Sequence record: NC_025447.1
Strand: one strand, 5' to 3'
Length of the DNA stretch: 64,000 bases
Below are positions 48,900 to 58,730 of this stretch, in pieces (the stretch's first letter is position 1; each line of letters opens with the position of its first letter). The notes beneath the pieces were generated by a model. The model did not search any database and was not told the DNA's origin. It saw nothing but the letters and a program-made list of their open reading frames with translations. Both the position numbers and the translations under genes were made by a program.

Positions 48900-50363
48900 A
48901 TGTATAAAGTATATCGTTCAATTGAAGTTGAAAATGCATTAAGCTTGGCAAAAAGTGAAGAAGCATTTAGAATTTCGTTATTCATTCTTCGTGAAAAGCA
49001 TCCACAATTGCCAATTCCTGATTCATTTGATCAATTGGAGCAGGATACTAATACAGAATGTGATGAAAGTCTGTTGGGATTAATTCGAAATCCAAAGACC
49101 AAAGCTAAGTTCTATCTTAAAATTTGTAAAATTTGTGCAAATGATGTTCAATTGCATGGTTTGGGTGTGTATATTATTGCACAATCGTCATATTTGAATT
49201 CAATAATTCCATGTGGTTGTAGTGAGATACCAAAATGGACTCGTTATCAATATATTATTCGAATAGAAAGAAAAATTTCAAAAACTGGAAAGAAATTATT
49301 ATCAATACCAACTGGTATAATTAAAAGTAATACATATAAACCAACTCTTGTATGTGAACATCACCCAGATGAACTCATGAACAGTGCAACTATAAATGGT
49401 ATTTTATTTGGTTCGAATGGTACAAATGATGGATGTGTTAAATGTGGGAATGAAAGAAAGAAACAGTATCATCGTGAAAGTAATAACGGATTGGAAAATC
49501 ACATTAACGAAATAATGAATACTGGTAAGTTTCATCCAAAGACCACGTTCAAGCGTAGTGATACAGTTAATGATTATGGGAGATTTAGTAAACTTGTATA
49601 CTCATGTCCAATTTGTGCAAACGATGAATATACAAAAAATGGTTTATGTACTGGTGAATTTGAGCAAGAAATGCACACACTCAAACAGGGGCATTTAAGT
49701 TGTCGCTGTACTGGCGGGTTTCGTTGGACAAAAGAACAGCGTGAATATCAAATTAAAAAAGAATTATGTAATCGCTCAACTGATGAAGTGATGTTTACAT
49801 TTATTGGCTGGGACGGTGAATACACTAATTCCCGTAGTGTGTTTTTATATTCACGTAGTGATAGTTCAATTCAACAAAAAATTAATATTGCAGATTTTTT
49901 CAGTTTTGAATATGGTTTTTCAATGTATAATGAGTACGGGTTTAAGAAAAACAAACCTACACGTTCATATATGAACGTTGATCAAACAAACGAATCGGAT
50001 AAATTCGGAATAACCCAACAGGGTAACAGTATCAAACCCCGACTTAAAAAAATTAACAAATCTTTTTTAGAAGAGTATGGTGTTGATAATTTTTGGACTA
50101 ATGTATTAGTTATTTTTTTTCACACCGAAGAAGGGGGATTTTTGGCATCGGAGTTGGAAACACAAGTCCATACTGTTGCATTGTGTGGAAAACCACATAA
50201 AAATATTGGCTATTATAAAAGAGGTGATGGTTATACTGAAACATACAACAACATACATCGTCAAAATGTAATTGAAGTAATAAAACAATTCTTAGCCAAA
50301 CATGAAGGTGAGTACATTATTGAACGTGATATTAATGGTATTTTTGGTGAAGTAATTTTATAA
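48900..50363 (+). CDS. putative free-standing homing endonuclease (Zn-binding repeats plus C-terminal GIY-YIG-like domain)
   Basis: Duplicated CxxCAND..CxC..WT..Q unit; C-terminal Y..KFGIT..R..E motif. Confidence 0.55.
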   Translation: MYKVYRSIEVENALSLAKSEEAFRISLFILREKHPQLPIPDSFDQLEQDTNTECDESLLGLIRNPKTKAKFYLKICKICANDVQLHGLGVYIIAQSSYLNSIIPCGCSEIPKWTRYQYIIRIERKISKTGKKLLSIPTGIIKSNTYKPTLVCEHHPDELMNSATINGILFGSNGTNDGCVKCGNERKKQYHRESNNGLENHINEIMNTGKFHPKTTFKRSDTVNDYGRFSKLVYSCPICANDEYTKNGLCTGEFEQEMHTLKQGHLSCRCTGGFRWTKEQREYQIKKELCNRSTDEVMFTFIGWDGEYTNSRSVFLYSRSDSSIQQKINIADFFSFEYGFSMYNEYGFKKNKPTRSYMNVDQTNESDKFGITQQGNSIKPRLKKINKSFLEEYGVDNFWTNVLVIFFHTEEGGFLASELETQVHTVALCGKPHKNIGYYKRGDGYTETYNNIHRQNVIEVIKQFLAKHEGEYIIERDINGIFGEVIL

Positions 50364-50383
50364 AATAAAAGAGGTTAATTAAA

Positions 50384-50710
50384 ATGAAAAAGTTAATGTT
50401 AGTTATGTTAATGTGTTTATCAACAACAGTGAATGCAAAAAATGAATCATCAACTACTTGTAAATCTTCAAAAACTGATACGATTTATCAACTGTATTTG
50501 GATGTTTCAACAAAAACTGCTAAAATTGATGGAAAGAAATTTATGTTCGAAAGTCAAGAAGTTTTTAAAGACGGGAGTGGTTCATATACTATTTTTTCAA
50601 ATGATAAATTAAATCAAAAATTAAAAGTTTTTGTTATAAAACCAAATAAGATAAAATATATAATTACCTATAATGGTAAAAATATTGATATGGGTAATTG
50701 TGTGTATTAA
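50384..50710 (+). CDS. secreted protein (signal peptide)
   Basis: VNA cleavage site; IDGKKFMF motif. Confidence 0.75.
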   Translation: MKKLMLVMLMCLSTTVNAKNESSTTCKSSKTDTIYQLYLDVSTKTAKIDGKKFMFESQEVFKDGSGSYTIFSNDKLNQKLKVFVIKPNKIKYIITYNGKNIDMGNCVY

Positions 50711-50722
50711 ATATGTTTATAA

Positions 50723-50769
50723 AAAGGGTTGACTTCGGTCAGCCCTTTTTGCTATAATTATTTCATCAA
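50723..50769 (+). repeat. terminator-promoter cassette, copy 9 (47-bp perfect repeat C)
   Basis: Identical to 47273-47319. Confidence 0.9.
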
Positions 50770-50786
50770 CTGATGAGGATAACGAA

Positions 50787-51557
50787 ATGACCAGAGAAGC
50801 ACGCAGCATTCAAATTCAGAAAAACTTCAACTCCATGATGGTTGCTCTTGAGTGTTTGCTCGATGATAGCAGTACTGTAAAAAGTATGGTTGTCAGTGGT
50901 GCTCCTGGTGTTGGCAAGACTTACACCCTGTCTAAACGCCTCCAGAAAGCTCATGACGCAGCAGAATGGAACGTAGCTACCATCAGTGGTAAAATGACTA
51001 CTCTGGCTCTGTACGAAGTTCTGTACAAGAATCGTCATAGCACCAACGTATTAGTACTGGACGATATGGACAGTATTTTTGATTCTGAAGACGGTATGAA
51101 CCTGCTCAAAGCAGTACTGGATAGTGGTAAGCGTACCGTGTCTTATATGACTAGCTCTAAGTACTTGAGCACTAACGGAATTCCTAATAGCTTTGATTTT
51201 AATGGTCGCATCGTATTCATTACTAACAAAGATTTAGCGTTAGATGCTAAAGCTAAAACTAAAATGTCTGCTCATTATGCTGCTCTTATGTCTCGTTCTG
51301 TGTACGTGGATTTACAGATTCAGACTAAAAGTGATATCATGATTCATATTGAGAACGTGATGAATCAGACTAACATTTTAGAATCTAAGGGTATTAACCG
51401 TAATGGTAGTAAAGCAATTCTGAACTGGATGTTGAAGCACGAAGATTCTCTTCGTTCACCTTCACTGCGTATGCCACTGTTGATTTCGGCAGTATATAAC
51501 AACAACCCATACGATTGGGAAGAACAGTGCGAAAACTTGTTCCTTGAGAAAATTTAA
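50787..51557 (+). CDS. AAA+ ATPase
   Basis: Walker A GAPGVGKT; Walker B VLVLDD. Confidence 0.85.
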   Translation: MTREARSIQIQKNFNSMMVALECLLDDSSTVKSMVVSGAPGVGKTYTLSKRLQKAHDAAEWNVATISGKMTTLALYEVLYKNRHSTNVLVLDDMDSIFDSEDGMNLLKAVLDSGKRTVSYMTSSKYLSTNGIPNSFDFNGRIVFITNKDLALDAKAKTKMSAHYAALMSRSVYVDLQIQTKSDIMIHIENVMNQTNILESKGINRNGSKAILNWMLKHEDSLRSPSLRMPLLISAVYNNNPYDWEEQCENLFLEKI

Positions 51558-51564
51558 TTCAATA

Positions 51565-51593
51565 TTGACAGTACTAACAACGTGTAGTACTAT
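51565..51593 (+). promoter_or_regulatory. sigma70-type promoter with two AGTACT sites
   Basis: TTGACA-17-TACTAT. Confidence 0.6.
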
Positions 51594-51622
51594 AACAAAA
51601 GTTTAATCACTGGAGACACTCA

Positions 51623-51964
51623 ATGCGTGAGTTTTTTGAATCTAATATAATGCTTGGTATCACACTGATATACATGTTTGTATTCTTGTTTTATCATTCA
51701 ATTGTAATTAGTCTTTGGTATTTTAAAAGGAAAGTTGTTTTTAAATTGTATTCATATAATAATGTATTCTTGGTTGTATATAGCATTATACAAGGTGGAT
51801 TTATTTTATTTGGTGTGATGACATATGTGATTTACATGTTACAAATTGATAACACACCACACATTACACAATATGTTGTGTTTTCAGGACTAATCGTCTG
51901 GTTATTGGTGTGTACTATGTACTTTATTATTAAAGCTCGTGATAACTTTAAATGGGGATTCTAA
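51623..51964 (+). CDS. 3-TM paralog family, array 2
   Basis: LWYFKRK; tail ARDNF. Confidence 0.75.
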   Translation: MREFFESNIMLGITLIYMFVFLFYHSIVISLWYFKRKVVFKLYSYNNVFLVVYSIIQGGFILFGVMTYVIYMLQIDNTPHITQYVVFSGLIVWLLVCTMYFIIKARDNFKWGF

Positions 51965-52302
51965 TGTTAGAATTTTTTAAATCAGATACAATGATTAGTA
52001 TTACTTTGATTTATCTTTTTGGTTTTTTCTTTTATCATGCACTAGTTGTAGTACTATGGTATTTTAAAAAGAAAATTGTTTTTAAACTGTATCCAGTGAG
52101 GAATTCATCACTAGTTCTTTACACACTTGTTCAAGGTTTGTTTGCAATTGTTGGTCTTATGGCACACTTAATTTATTGTGCTAATCCTCACTTGAACTCA
52201 ATCTCACAATATATTGTATTCTTTGGATTGTTCATTTGGTTAGTTGCATACTTAATCCATCTCATTATTCATGGTAGAGATAAAATTCGCGGAGACTTCT
52301 AA
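51964..52302 (+). CDS. 3-TM paralog family, array 2
   Basis: LWYFKKK; close paralog of the previous gene. Confidence 0.75.
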   Translation: MLEFFKSDTMISITLIYLFGFFFYHALVVVLWYFKKKIVFKLYPVRNSSLVLYTLVQGLFAIVGLMAHLIYCANPHLNSISQYIVFFGLFIWLVAYLIHLIIHGRDKIRGDF

Positions 52303-52649
52303 TGTTTGAAGCTTATCTTGAGTTTTTAAGGAGTAGTCCAGTTGCACATTCACTTGCAGGGATTATTCTAACAACTTATGTATCATTTTGGGTAGTTATG
52401 TTTCTAGGATGGTATTTTAAACGACAATTCTATAAACGTAATGGTGAAGATTTTATGAATTCTGTCATTAATCAATCGTTGTTTGCATCAACATTGATTG
52501 CATGTATTGTAGCAACACTCACAGGAAAGGTACTACCAGCTTTTTCCGCAGTTTACGGCACACTTGGGATGATATGTTTAACTTTTATATTGACCATTAA
52601 AATTTGTTGTGTTATGATTGAACTTCGAAATAAGATACCGGAGGAATGA
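52302..52649 (+). CDS. 3-TM paralog family, array 2
   Basis: GWYFKRQ; tail LRNKIPEE. Confidence 0.75.
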   Translation: MFEAYLEFLRSSPVAHSLAGIILTTYVSFWVVMFLGWYFKRQFYKRNGEDFMNSVINQSLFASTLIACIVATLTGKVLPAFSAVYGTLGMICLTFILTIKICCVMIELRNKIPEE

Positions 52650-52984
52650 TGGAGTACTTTATTGATTTACTGCCGTGGTATATGAAAGTTAGTACCATGT
52701 ACTATATTATTAGTGCTGGATTCTACTTTCTGATGTGGTTCTTTAAACGACCAATTTCAGTATTCATCGCTGATAACATGCTGCAATTAAAATTACACGC
52801 ATGGTTTGGTATGGCGATGATTATGCCTATTATTCACTACTCAATGATTAGTAGAGGTTTCCGTTCTAATGGTGAACCAATTGTATTAGTATTCTATTGG
52901 GGTTCAACTATTGCATATGTAAGTTTGTTGTTGTTCCCAGTCGTTCATAAGTTACGTGCTAAAGTTCCTGATGCGAGGTACTAA
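52646..52984 (+). CDS. 3-TM paralog family, array 2
   Basis: MWFFKRP; tail LRAKVPD. Confidence 0.75.
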   Translation: MMEYFIDLLPWYMKVSTMYYIISAGFYFLMWFFKRPISVFIADNMLQLKLHAWFGMAMIMPIIHYSMISRGFRSNGEPIVLVFYWGSTIAYVSLLLFPVVHKLRAKVPDARY

Positions 52985-53299
52985 TGGATATAGTAACATT
53001 GATTTACACGTTGTATTCATTCTATTTCATTATGTGTTGGGTTGGATTTTTATTTGTACTCAAGATGTTTGATTATGTTGAAAAACAGATAAAAGAATTT
53101 TGTATTCCTTTTATCGGTTCAACCATTATTAGTGTTTCTTGTGTGTATTTTTTTGGTTTTTGATCCACCAGATAACACTGCAATGATTGACTTGATGTTA
53201 CTACCAACAACTGTTACTTTTTTATGTAGTCTGATGCCGCCGATTAGCCGTGGACTAACAGAATTTAGACGCAATCAAAAGCGTAAACGAGGGATGTAA
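52984..53299 (+). pseudogene. 3-TM paralog split by a +1 frameshift in a T7 run (or sequencing error)
   Basis: Removing one T at 53148-53154 gives a 104-aa ORF ending KRKRGM with TAATG coupling. Confidence 0.65.
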
Positions 53300-53667
53300 T
53301 GGAAATTGCTCTTATTATCTTAACTGCTATGCTGTTTATTAGTACTGTGGTTATAATTGGTAAATTCTTTTGTGTATCATTTTTAGAAACGGTATACGAT
53401 GAAATTGCTGATGATTATGAATTCCAAGCCGGATTTTTCATTACGTATTGGCTTAGTTTATTTTGTCTAGTCATTGCTTGGATTTTACATATCTTTAAAT
53501 GGGGTATGGTAGACGGTGATCCTATTATGGCAATTATTGTTCTAGTGTTTGGTATCCTTGGTGGTGCAGTGCATAATCTAATGGTTATCTGGCAAACTGT
53601 TCAATATGTTTTGGTTCCCTATTTCGAAAAGATGCACAGTACAATTAAAAAACGTAAACGAGGTTAG
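53299..53667 (+). CDS. 3-TM paralog family, array 2
   Basis: IGKFFC; tail KKRKRG. Confidence 0.75.
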   Translation: MEIALIILTAMLFISTVVIIGKFFCVSFLETVYDEIADDYEFQAGFFITYWLSLFCLVIAWILHIFKWGMVDGDPIMAIIVLVFGILGGAVHNLMVIWQTVQYVLVPYFEKMHSTIKKRKRG

Positions 53668-53668
53668 T

Positions 53669-54031
53669 ATGAACGGGATAGAATTATCTTTCGTTGGTCA
53701 ATTACTAGTAATGGCGTATACATTTATCTTCTCACTGAATGCATTCGTGTGCATTGGGAAGTACTTCCATAAGCGACCATTATCAAATATATATGATGTA
53801 ATCCAAAAGAGATATAGTCCAGCATATACTGTGTTGGGTACAGTATTCAATTTTGGTTTTATTGTATTAATAATTGGACTGTTCACATCCTCTTTGAATA
53901 CAATAACCTTCGGTCTTATGATATGTTCATTGGTATTAGCCGTAATTATATGTTGTTTAGTACTGCACCTTGTGGTACTATTGTATATAAAGATCTCTGA
54001 AATCCACCAACGTTTGGGTATGAGGAAATAA
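53669..54031 (+). CDS. 3-TM paralog family, array 2
   Basis: IGKYFH; start moved to ATG53669. Confidence 0.75.
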   Translation: MNGIELSFVGQLLVMAYTFIFSLNAFVCIGKYFHKRPLSNIYDVIQKRYSPAYTVLGTVFNFGFIVLIIGLFTSSLNTITFGLMICSLVLAVIICCLVLHLVVLLYIKISEIHQRLGMRK

Positions 54032-54032
54032 T

Positions 54033-54404
54033 ATGAGTTACCGTGAGATATTTTCCATTATTTCAATTATTATGTTCAGTACTGGAACACTGGTATGGTT
54101 ATTATACTTCTTCTGTATTAATCCAGTGTATAATATGTTATGTAATATTAAATCAAGTGCCGGATATATCACTTTTATGGTCTTTATGGGATATTATTGT
54201 CTAAGCATTTTAGGTGTTGTTTTGGTTGTTATATTTGATGTGGGACCAAATAGTGATGGTATGGAAATACATGAATTAATAACCATGTTTGGATGTATGA
54301 TACCAACAGCACTACTGTTTGTAGCTACTGGTAGTGGATTGATAAAATTATATAATTATTTAAAATCCATTCATAATTCCATTCATAATAAGCGTATGTC
54401 ATAA
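54033..54404 (+). CDS. 3-TM paralog family, array 2
   Basis: LLYFFC; tail SIHNSIHN. Confidence 0.75.
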   Translation: MSYREIFSIISIIMFSTGTLVWLLYFFCINPVYNMLCNIKSSAGYITFMVFMGYYCLSILGVVLVVIFDVGPNSDGMEIHELITMFGCMIPTALLFVATGSGLIKLYNYLKSIHNSIHNKRMS

Positions 54405-54405
54405 T

Positions 54406-54434
54406 AAAAATCCAGTACTTGATAGTACTGGATT
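54406..54434 (-). terminator. minus-strand terminator built from two AGTACT sites
   Basis: TCCAGTACT-TGAT-AGTACTGGA with A5 on its left. Confidence 0.7.
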
Positions 54435-54445
54435 AATAAGGAGTT

Positions 54446-55108
54446 ATGATGAAAACAAAATTAGGTTTGTTTTATAAAAATTATTTCGTTAAACAGCGTA
54501 AATTTATAAAAAAATATTTCTCTGGTGAGAAGTCTAGTCCTATAATTTTTAAAAGACCAAGTTATAATACTTACTTAGCTGGTGCTAAACAGTCTAAGAA
54601 ATTTATTACTCTTTTACATAAAAACAAAATTAAAGCTTCTTATGTTGAAACGAGAAGAAACTCATCAATAACTCCTGGTGATTTTATTGAGTACGGATGT
54701 TTCAATATTAAGTACAATGATAATACATACTTTATGGATATTGATTGTAATACATCCAATCTTTTTAACATTGTAGTAAATCCATTAAAACAATATAATG
54801 TTTATGGTGATTCTATTATCAAATTAATCAAAAACAAAGATAGCTTTGATTTTGAAATAAATGTTTTAGATGATAATTTTGACGAAGTACCAGTAAACCC
54901 TGAAATCTGTGATATTTTAAACAGTTTAAAAGGTAGTACCTACAATATATCATCTGATTTAATGTTTCAGTACTCATTAATCCATAAAGATATTGAAAAG
55001 TATATTGAATGCTCCAAAATTTTGAATTATCTTTACGATGAATTTAAAAAGAGTTCTAAAATAACCGCATACACTTTGTACAATATTCCTAAAATGGTGA
55101 ATCTTTGA
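54446..55108 (+). CDS. EExxFQxS-motif family protein (divergent)
   Basis: SSDLMFQYSLIHKD. Confidence 0.7.
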   Translation: MMKTKLGLFYKNYFVKQRKFIKKYFSGEKSSPIIFKRPSYNTYLAGAKQSKKFITLLHKNKIKASYVETRRNSSITPGDFIEYGCFNIKYNDNTYFMDIDCNTSNLFNIVVNPLKQYNVYGDSIIKLIKNKDSFDFEINVLDDNFDEVPVNPEICDILNSLKGSTYNISSDLMFQYSLIHKDIEKYIECSKILNYLYDEFKKSSKITAYTLYNIPKMVNL

Positions 55109-56241
55109 CAAATACAGTACTGGCAACTCCACCGTCTGTAATATATTGTCCAGTACTGTAAATTTGTATACCATCGGTTAAGTAAGTTCTGTATAAAGTT
55201 GCTGTAACATATACGTTATTCATATTCATCTCTATTGGTAGTACACATTTGGTATAGGCCGACACATCTGTTTGTGTACCTATACCTAATTGACCTGCGT
55301 TATCGCCTGTGTTATAACCAGTTGCGTAAACACCTAATGAAGTTATAATATGATTAGAAAAATATGAATAACCCACACTGCTTCTTATTATATCACCTGG
55401 TGCTTGTGTTGTTTGTCTTAACGAAATATATGTTTGTGATGTAGAACCATTTGCTAACTGACCAAAGTATTGTCCACCACCATGATATGCAAATAATTTA
55501 TTAGTACTATTATTACTTGCTATAGCAAAAGCGAAGTAACTTGAGTTTGTTGTATAATCTTTCACCGTATAGGTATTAGTTATTTGAGAACATAACGTGT
55601 ACTTTGAATATAACGTCATGTCGGTTGTACCTACGCCTGATATTGCACCAGTATAATACAATCTCCCATCGGTTCCAATAAATCCTTGCATAAGAAAATT
55701 TGCCAGTATTTTGGATGGTGTTACTCCAGTAGGTACTGTTCCTTGTACAAATGATGAAAGTGAATCGGTACTTCTACCATTTCCCAGTTGTCCATAACTA
55801 CCATAACCCGTATTCCATATCGTGTTGTCTGTACATAATACGCTTAATGCACCTGCACTAACTGCAATTTGTTTTATTGTTTTTCCAAGTGCTGTTATTC
55901 TATCAAACACTATCTTTGCAGAAGCCCACGTTGTTGACTTATCAGTTGATAAACCGAATGATGCACCATTTCCAGCATACCACATCGTATTATCTTTCTT
56001 TTTAATTAATGTTGACTCATACCCGAACCCATAGATCTTCTACGTTTGTATTGCACAAAACCCATTTGGTTTGTGTTATAATATTACCTATACCCATTTG
56101 CCCAAACTCTTGAGAGCCTCTACTGTACAACGTACCATCTGACATAAGGGCAAAAACTGTTGTATCAGATGAAGCTATTTTTGTAACAGAAGGTTGTATG
56201 TTCTTTTTTGATGATGTGATAATTCTTCCAAAGGGTAGCAT
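55089..56241 (-). pseudogene. RCC1/BLIP-II-like repeat protein with MLPF tag, split by a +1 frameshift (or error)
   Basis: 56017..56253 and 55089..55985 fuse at TGG-G-TTC (about 56025-56031); YGQLG motifs. Confidence 0.7.
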
Positions 56242-56280
56242 TGTATCCTCCAAATGTAAATCGTTATTATATTTAGGACA

Positions 56281-56309
56281 AAAAAATGCCAGTACTTTAG
56301 TACTGGCAT
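56281..56309 (-). terminator. terminator with twin AGTACT
   Basis: ATGCCAGTACT/AGTACTGGCAT plus T6 on the minus strand. Confidence 0.8.
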
Positions 56310-56321
56310 AGTTTTATAGTA

Positions 56322-57431
56322 TTATTTCGGCATTGTAATTGCAGACCATGAGTTCGTGGTGATAGGACCTGGTACATACAAAAAAGAACCACAAGCATAA
56401 ATTTGATTATTACCATCAAATACTATACTAAAATGTGCACATGTGTATAATGATGATTTTTCTGGGTTGTAATTATCTAAAGTTAGTGTATTGGTGAATC
56501 TACTCAAACCACCTCCCGAACCATTTCTACCAAATTCACCAGTACTGTATATCTTTCCTTCGGTTGTTGCGTACATATTAACATATGAAGTCGAACTTGA
56601 TTTTGATATTTTATGTATCTTACTATCAATAGGAGTGGAGTTAAATGTAAATGGATATACTTGTGTGTTCGTTGTAATACCGTTACCAAGTTGACCAATA
56701 TATTGCCAACCTGCGTTGTATATATTGCTGGCTGAATAAGCAAGAGTACCAGTACTGTTACCACCAAATAGTTTAACACTTGTTAACCTGCTTACTAGTG
56801 TAGTATACTGTCCGGGACTTACGCCAAGTGAACCATACCCACTGCTCCCGCAACCGAGAAGTTCATTATTTGATGTTAATATTAATGTGTTATTCTGTGT
56901 ACCCAATATATCAAGGACTGTATTAGCTCCGGTATTAACAACTGAAACAAAAGTACTCTGAGCAGTGGAATACCCACCACCGAGTGAATAGTTACCATTC
57001 ATGCCTCTACCATAAACAATCGAACCACTAGCATCAACGTAGTGCATTGTATCTGCACCAATTGATATCATTTTAATATTAGATATATGTGGAAATGAAG
57101 AAGTAACATTTAAACCACCCAACGGAATCATAGTATTTCCTGTGCCTAATTGTGTGGTAACTCCATGCATTATGAATTCTTCACCCTTGAGATAAAGAAT
57201 ATTGTACGCACCAGCCCATGCATCAGTAACACCTTCTGAAATTAATATCCAAGTATTTCTTGTTGCTGTATTTTCAACGTTTAACTGCAAATACGTATTA
57301 ACCCCACAACCATAAAGTGAACCATCGCCATAGAGGACGTACAAATTATCAAGACCGCACAGTACTTTCTTTATCTTTGGTGCTTCAGGTGCAATATTTC
57401 CGTACTTAACCATTCTTGTGAAAGGTAACAT
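56322..57431 (-). CDS. RCC1/BLIP-II-like beta-propeller protein with MLPFxRMxKYGN tag
   Basis: LYGCGVNTYLQL, GNYSLG, IGQLGNG repeats. Confidence 0.8.
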   Translation of the reverse strand: MLPFTRMVKYGNIAPEAPKIKKVLCGLDNLYVLYGDGSLYGCGVNTYLQLNVENTATRNTWILISEGVTDAWAGAYNILYLKGEEFIMHGVTTQLGTGNTMIPLGGLNVTSSFPHISNIKMISIGADTMHYVDASGSIVYGRGMNGNYSLGGGYSTAQSTFVSVVNTGANTVLDILGTQNNTLILTSNNELLGCGSSGYGSLGVSPGQYTTLVSRLTSVKLFGGNSTGTLAYSASNIYNAGWQYIGQLGNGITTNTQVYPFTFNSTPIDSKIHKISKSSSTSYVNMYATTEGKIYSTGEFGRNGSGGGLSRFTNTLTLDNYNPEKSSLYTCAHFSIVFDGNNQIYACGSFLYVPGPITTNSWSAITMPK

Positions 57432-57441
57432 AATTTTCTCC

Positions 57442-58621
57442 TTAAATTTGTGGCAATTGGTATTCAGTTAAAGTCCATGTACCAACAACTGTCCCTACTG
57501 GAGACATACCAGTGTAGTATAATTTCCCATTCACATATGCAAATAATGCATTGTCATTCGCAGCAACCAACGATGTTGACGGATCATAAACTACAGAATT
57601 TGGAAATTGTGCTTGGACGAAAATTGAAGCATTATTAGATGAATTGTTACCAAGCTGTCCATAATTATTATACCCTGTTCCAAAAATACGACTTCCATTT
57701 CTATATAATAATCCCCTAGGATTTTGTGAATATGTTTGTATAAATTCAAAATCGGAAACATTAGTTAATTGTAAATAAGTACTTTGTGGCGTTAAAGATA
57801 TCTTATTAGTATTAGATAGAACACCATTTCCTAATTGTCCGTGAATTTTGTGACCCTACACCATATAGCGGATAAGTATTATCTACATTAAGAACTATAC
57901 CCAACATATTGTTATATGAAATTATATCAACGGGGTACTGGCCTGTAGGAAAACTATACTTTGTCCAACTCGACAAAGTATCAGTAGCAGAACCAGTTAA
58001 CAATGTACCAGTACTAGTTTTACCACATCTCCATGCTGAATTATCATTTTTAATTATCCAAGTTGGACTATTGAAAAATGAACTAACCTTTTTAACATTA
58101 ATATTAACCTGTGTAAATGATGTAAGTGTAGATGAACTACTACCCAACTCATAGGTTGAATTATCACCTATTGCGTAAAGAACACTATCATTTGTTAGTA
58201 AAAACATATTACGAACATTTGGATATATCTCCTTGATATTATCCACATTAAAACCTGAAAAATAAGACGTACAATCAACAAATGTAGTACTTTGAACTGC
58301 ACTAGATGTACCAGTCCAAAGGTTCCAACCTGCATAATAAAATTTATTATCATTGGTCTGAACTAAGCTATATGAAGCATTCCTTGTGCACCAAAAATTT
58401 TTCACATTTTGCATTAAGCGAACCCATTTGGTCTGTGTCGTTGTATTTCCAAGACCGAATATACCAGCATTGTTACCGCCAATACCCCACAAATCACCGT
58501 TCTTATACAGAATCATCAATGTGTTGTTGGTAAAAGCCGATGGTGCTTGCATTTTAATTACACTAGATTCATATATAGGTGCTATATTCCCGTACTTAAC
58601 CATTCTTGCAAAAGGTAACAT
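57442..58621 (-). pseudogene. RCC1-like MLPF-tag protein split by a +1 frameshift (or error)
   Basis: A second frame from 57840 to TAA at 57442 encodes 132 aa starting GQLGNG. Confidence 0.7.
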
Positions 58622-58687
58622 AAATCCCTCCTTTATTTGTTATACTATATTTAATACAAAAAAGAAAAGCCAGTATCAAGTACTGGC
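58622..58687 (-). repeat. array intergenic cassette (terminator, TAAATA/TATAA, SD)
   Basis: Near-identical copies at 59911-59976, 61135-61200, 62354-62417, 63163-63227. Confidence 0.85.
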
Positions 58688-58730
58688 ATTATGTTAATTA
58701 ATAGTGTCTTTCTAAACACATTTCGTGCCT

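Noticed and set aside
36693-50769. CRISPR array from the recurrent 25-47-bp hairpin repeat
   Set aside because: Spacing is 0.2-4.5 kb with whole genes in between, no cas genes, and the repeat contains -35/-10 boxes
54366-54389. 12-bp tandem duplication TCCATTCATAAT x2
   Set aside because: In-frame two-copy duplication in a low-complexity tail; no sign of function
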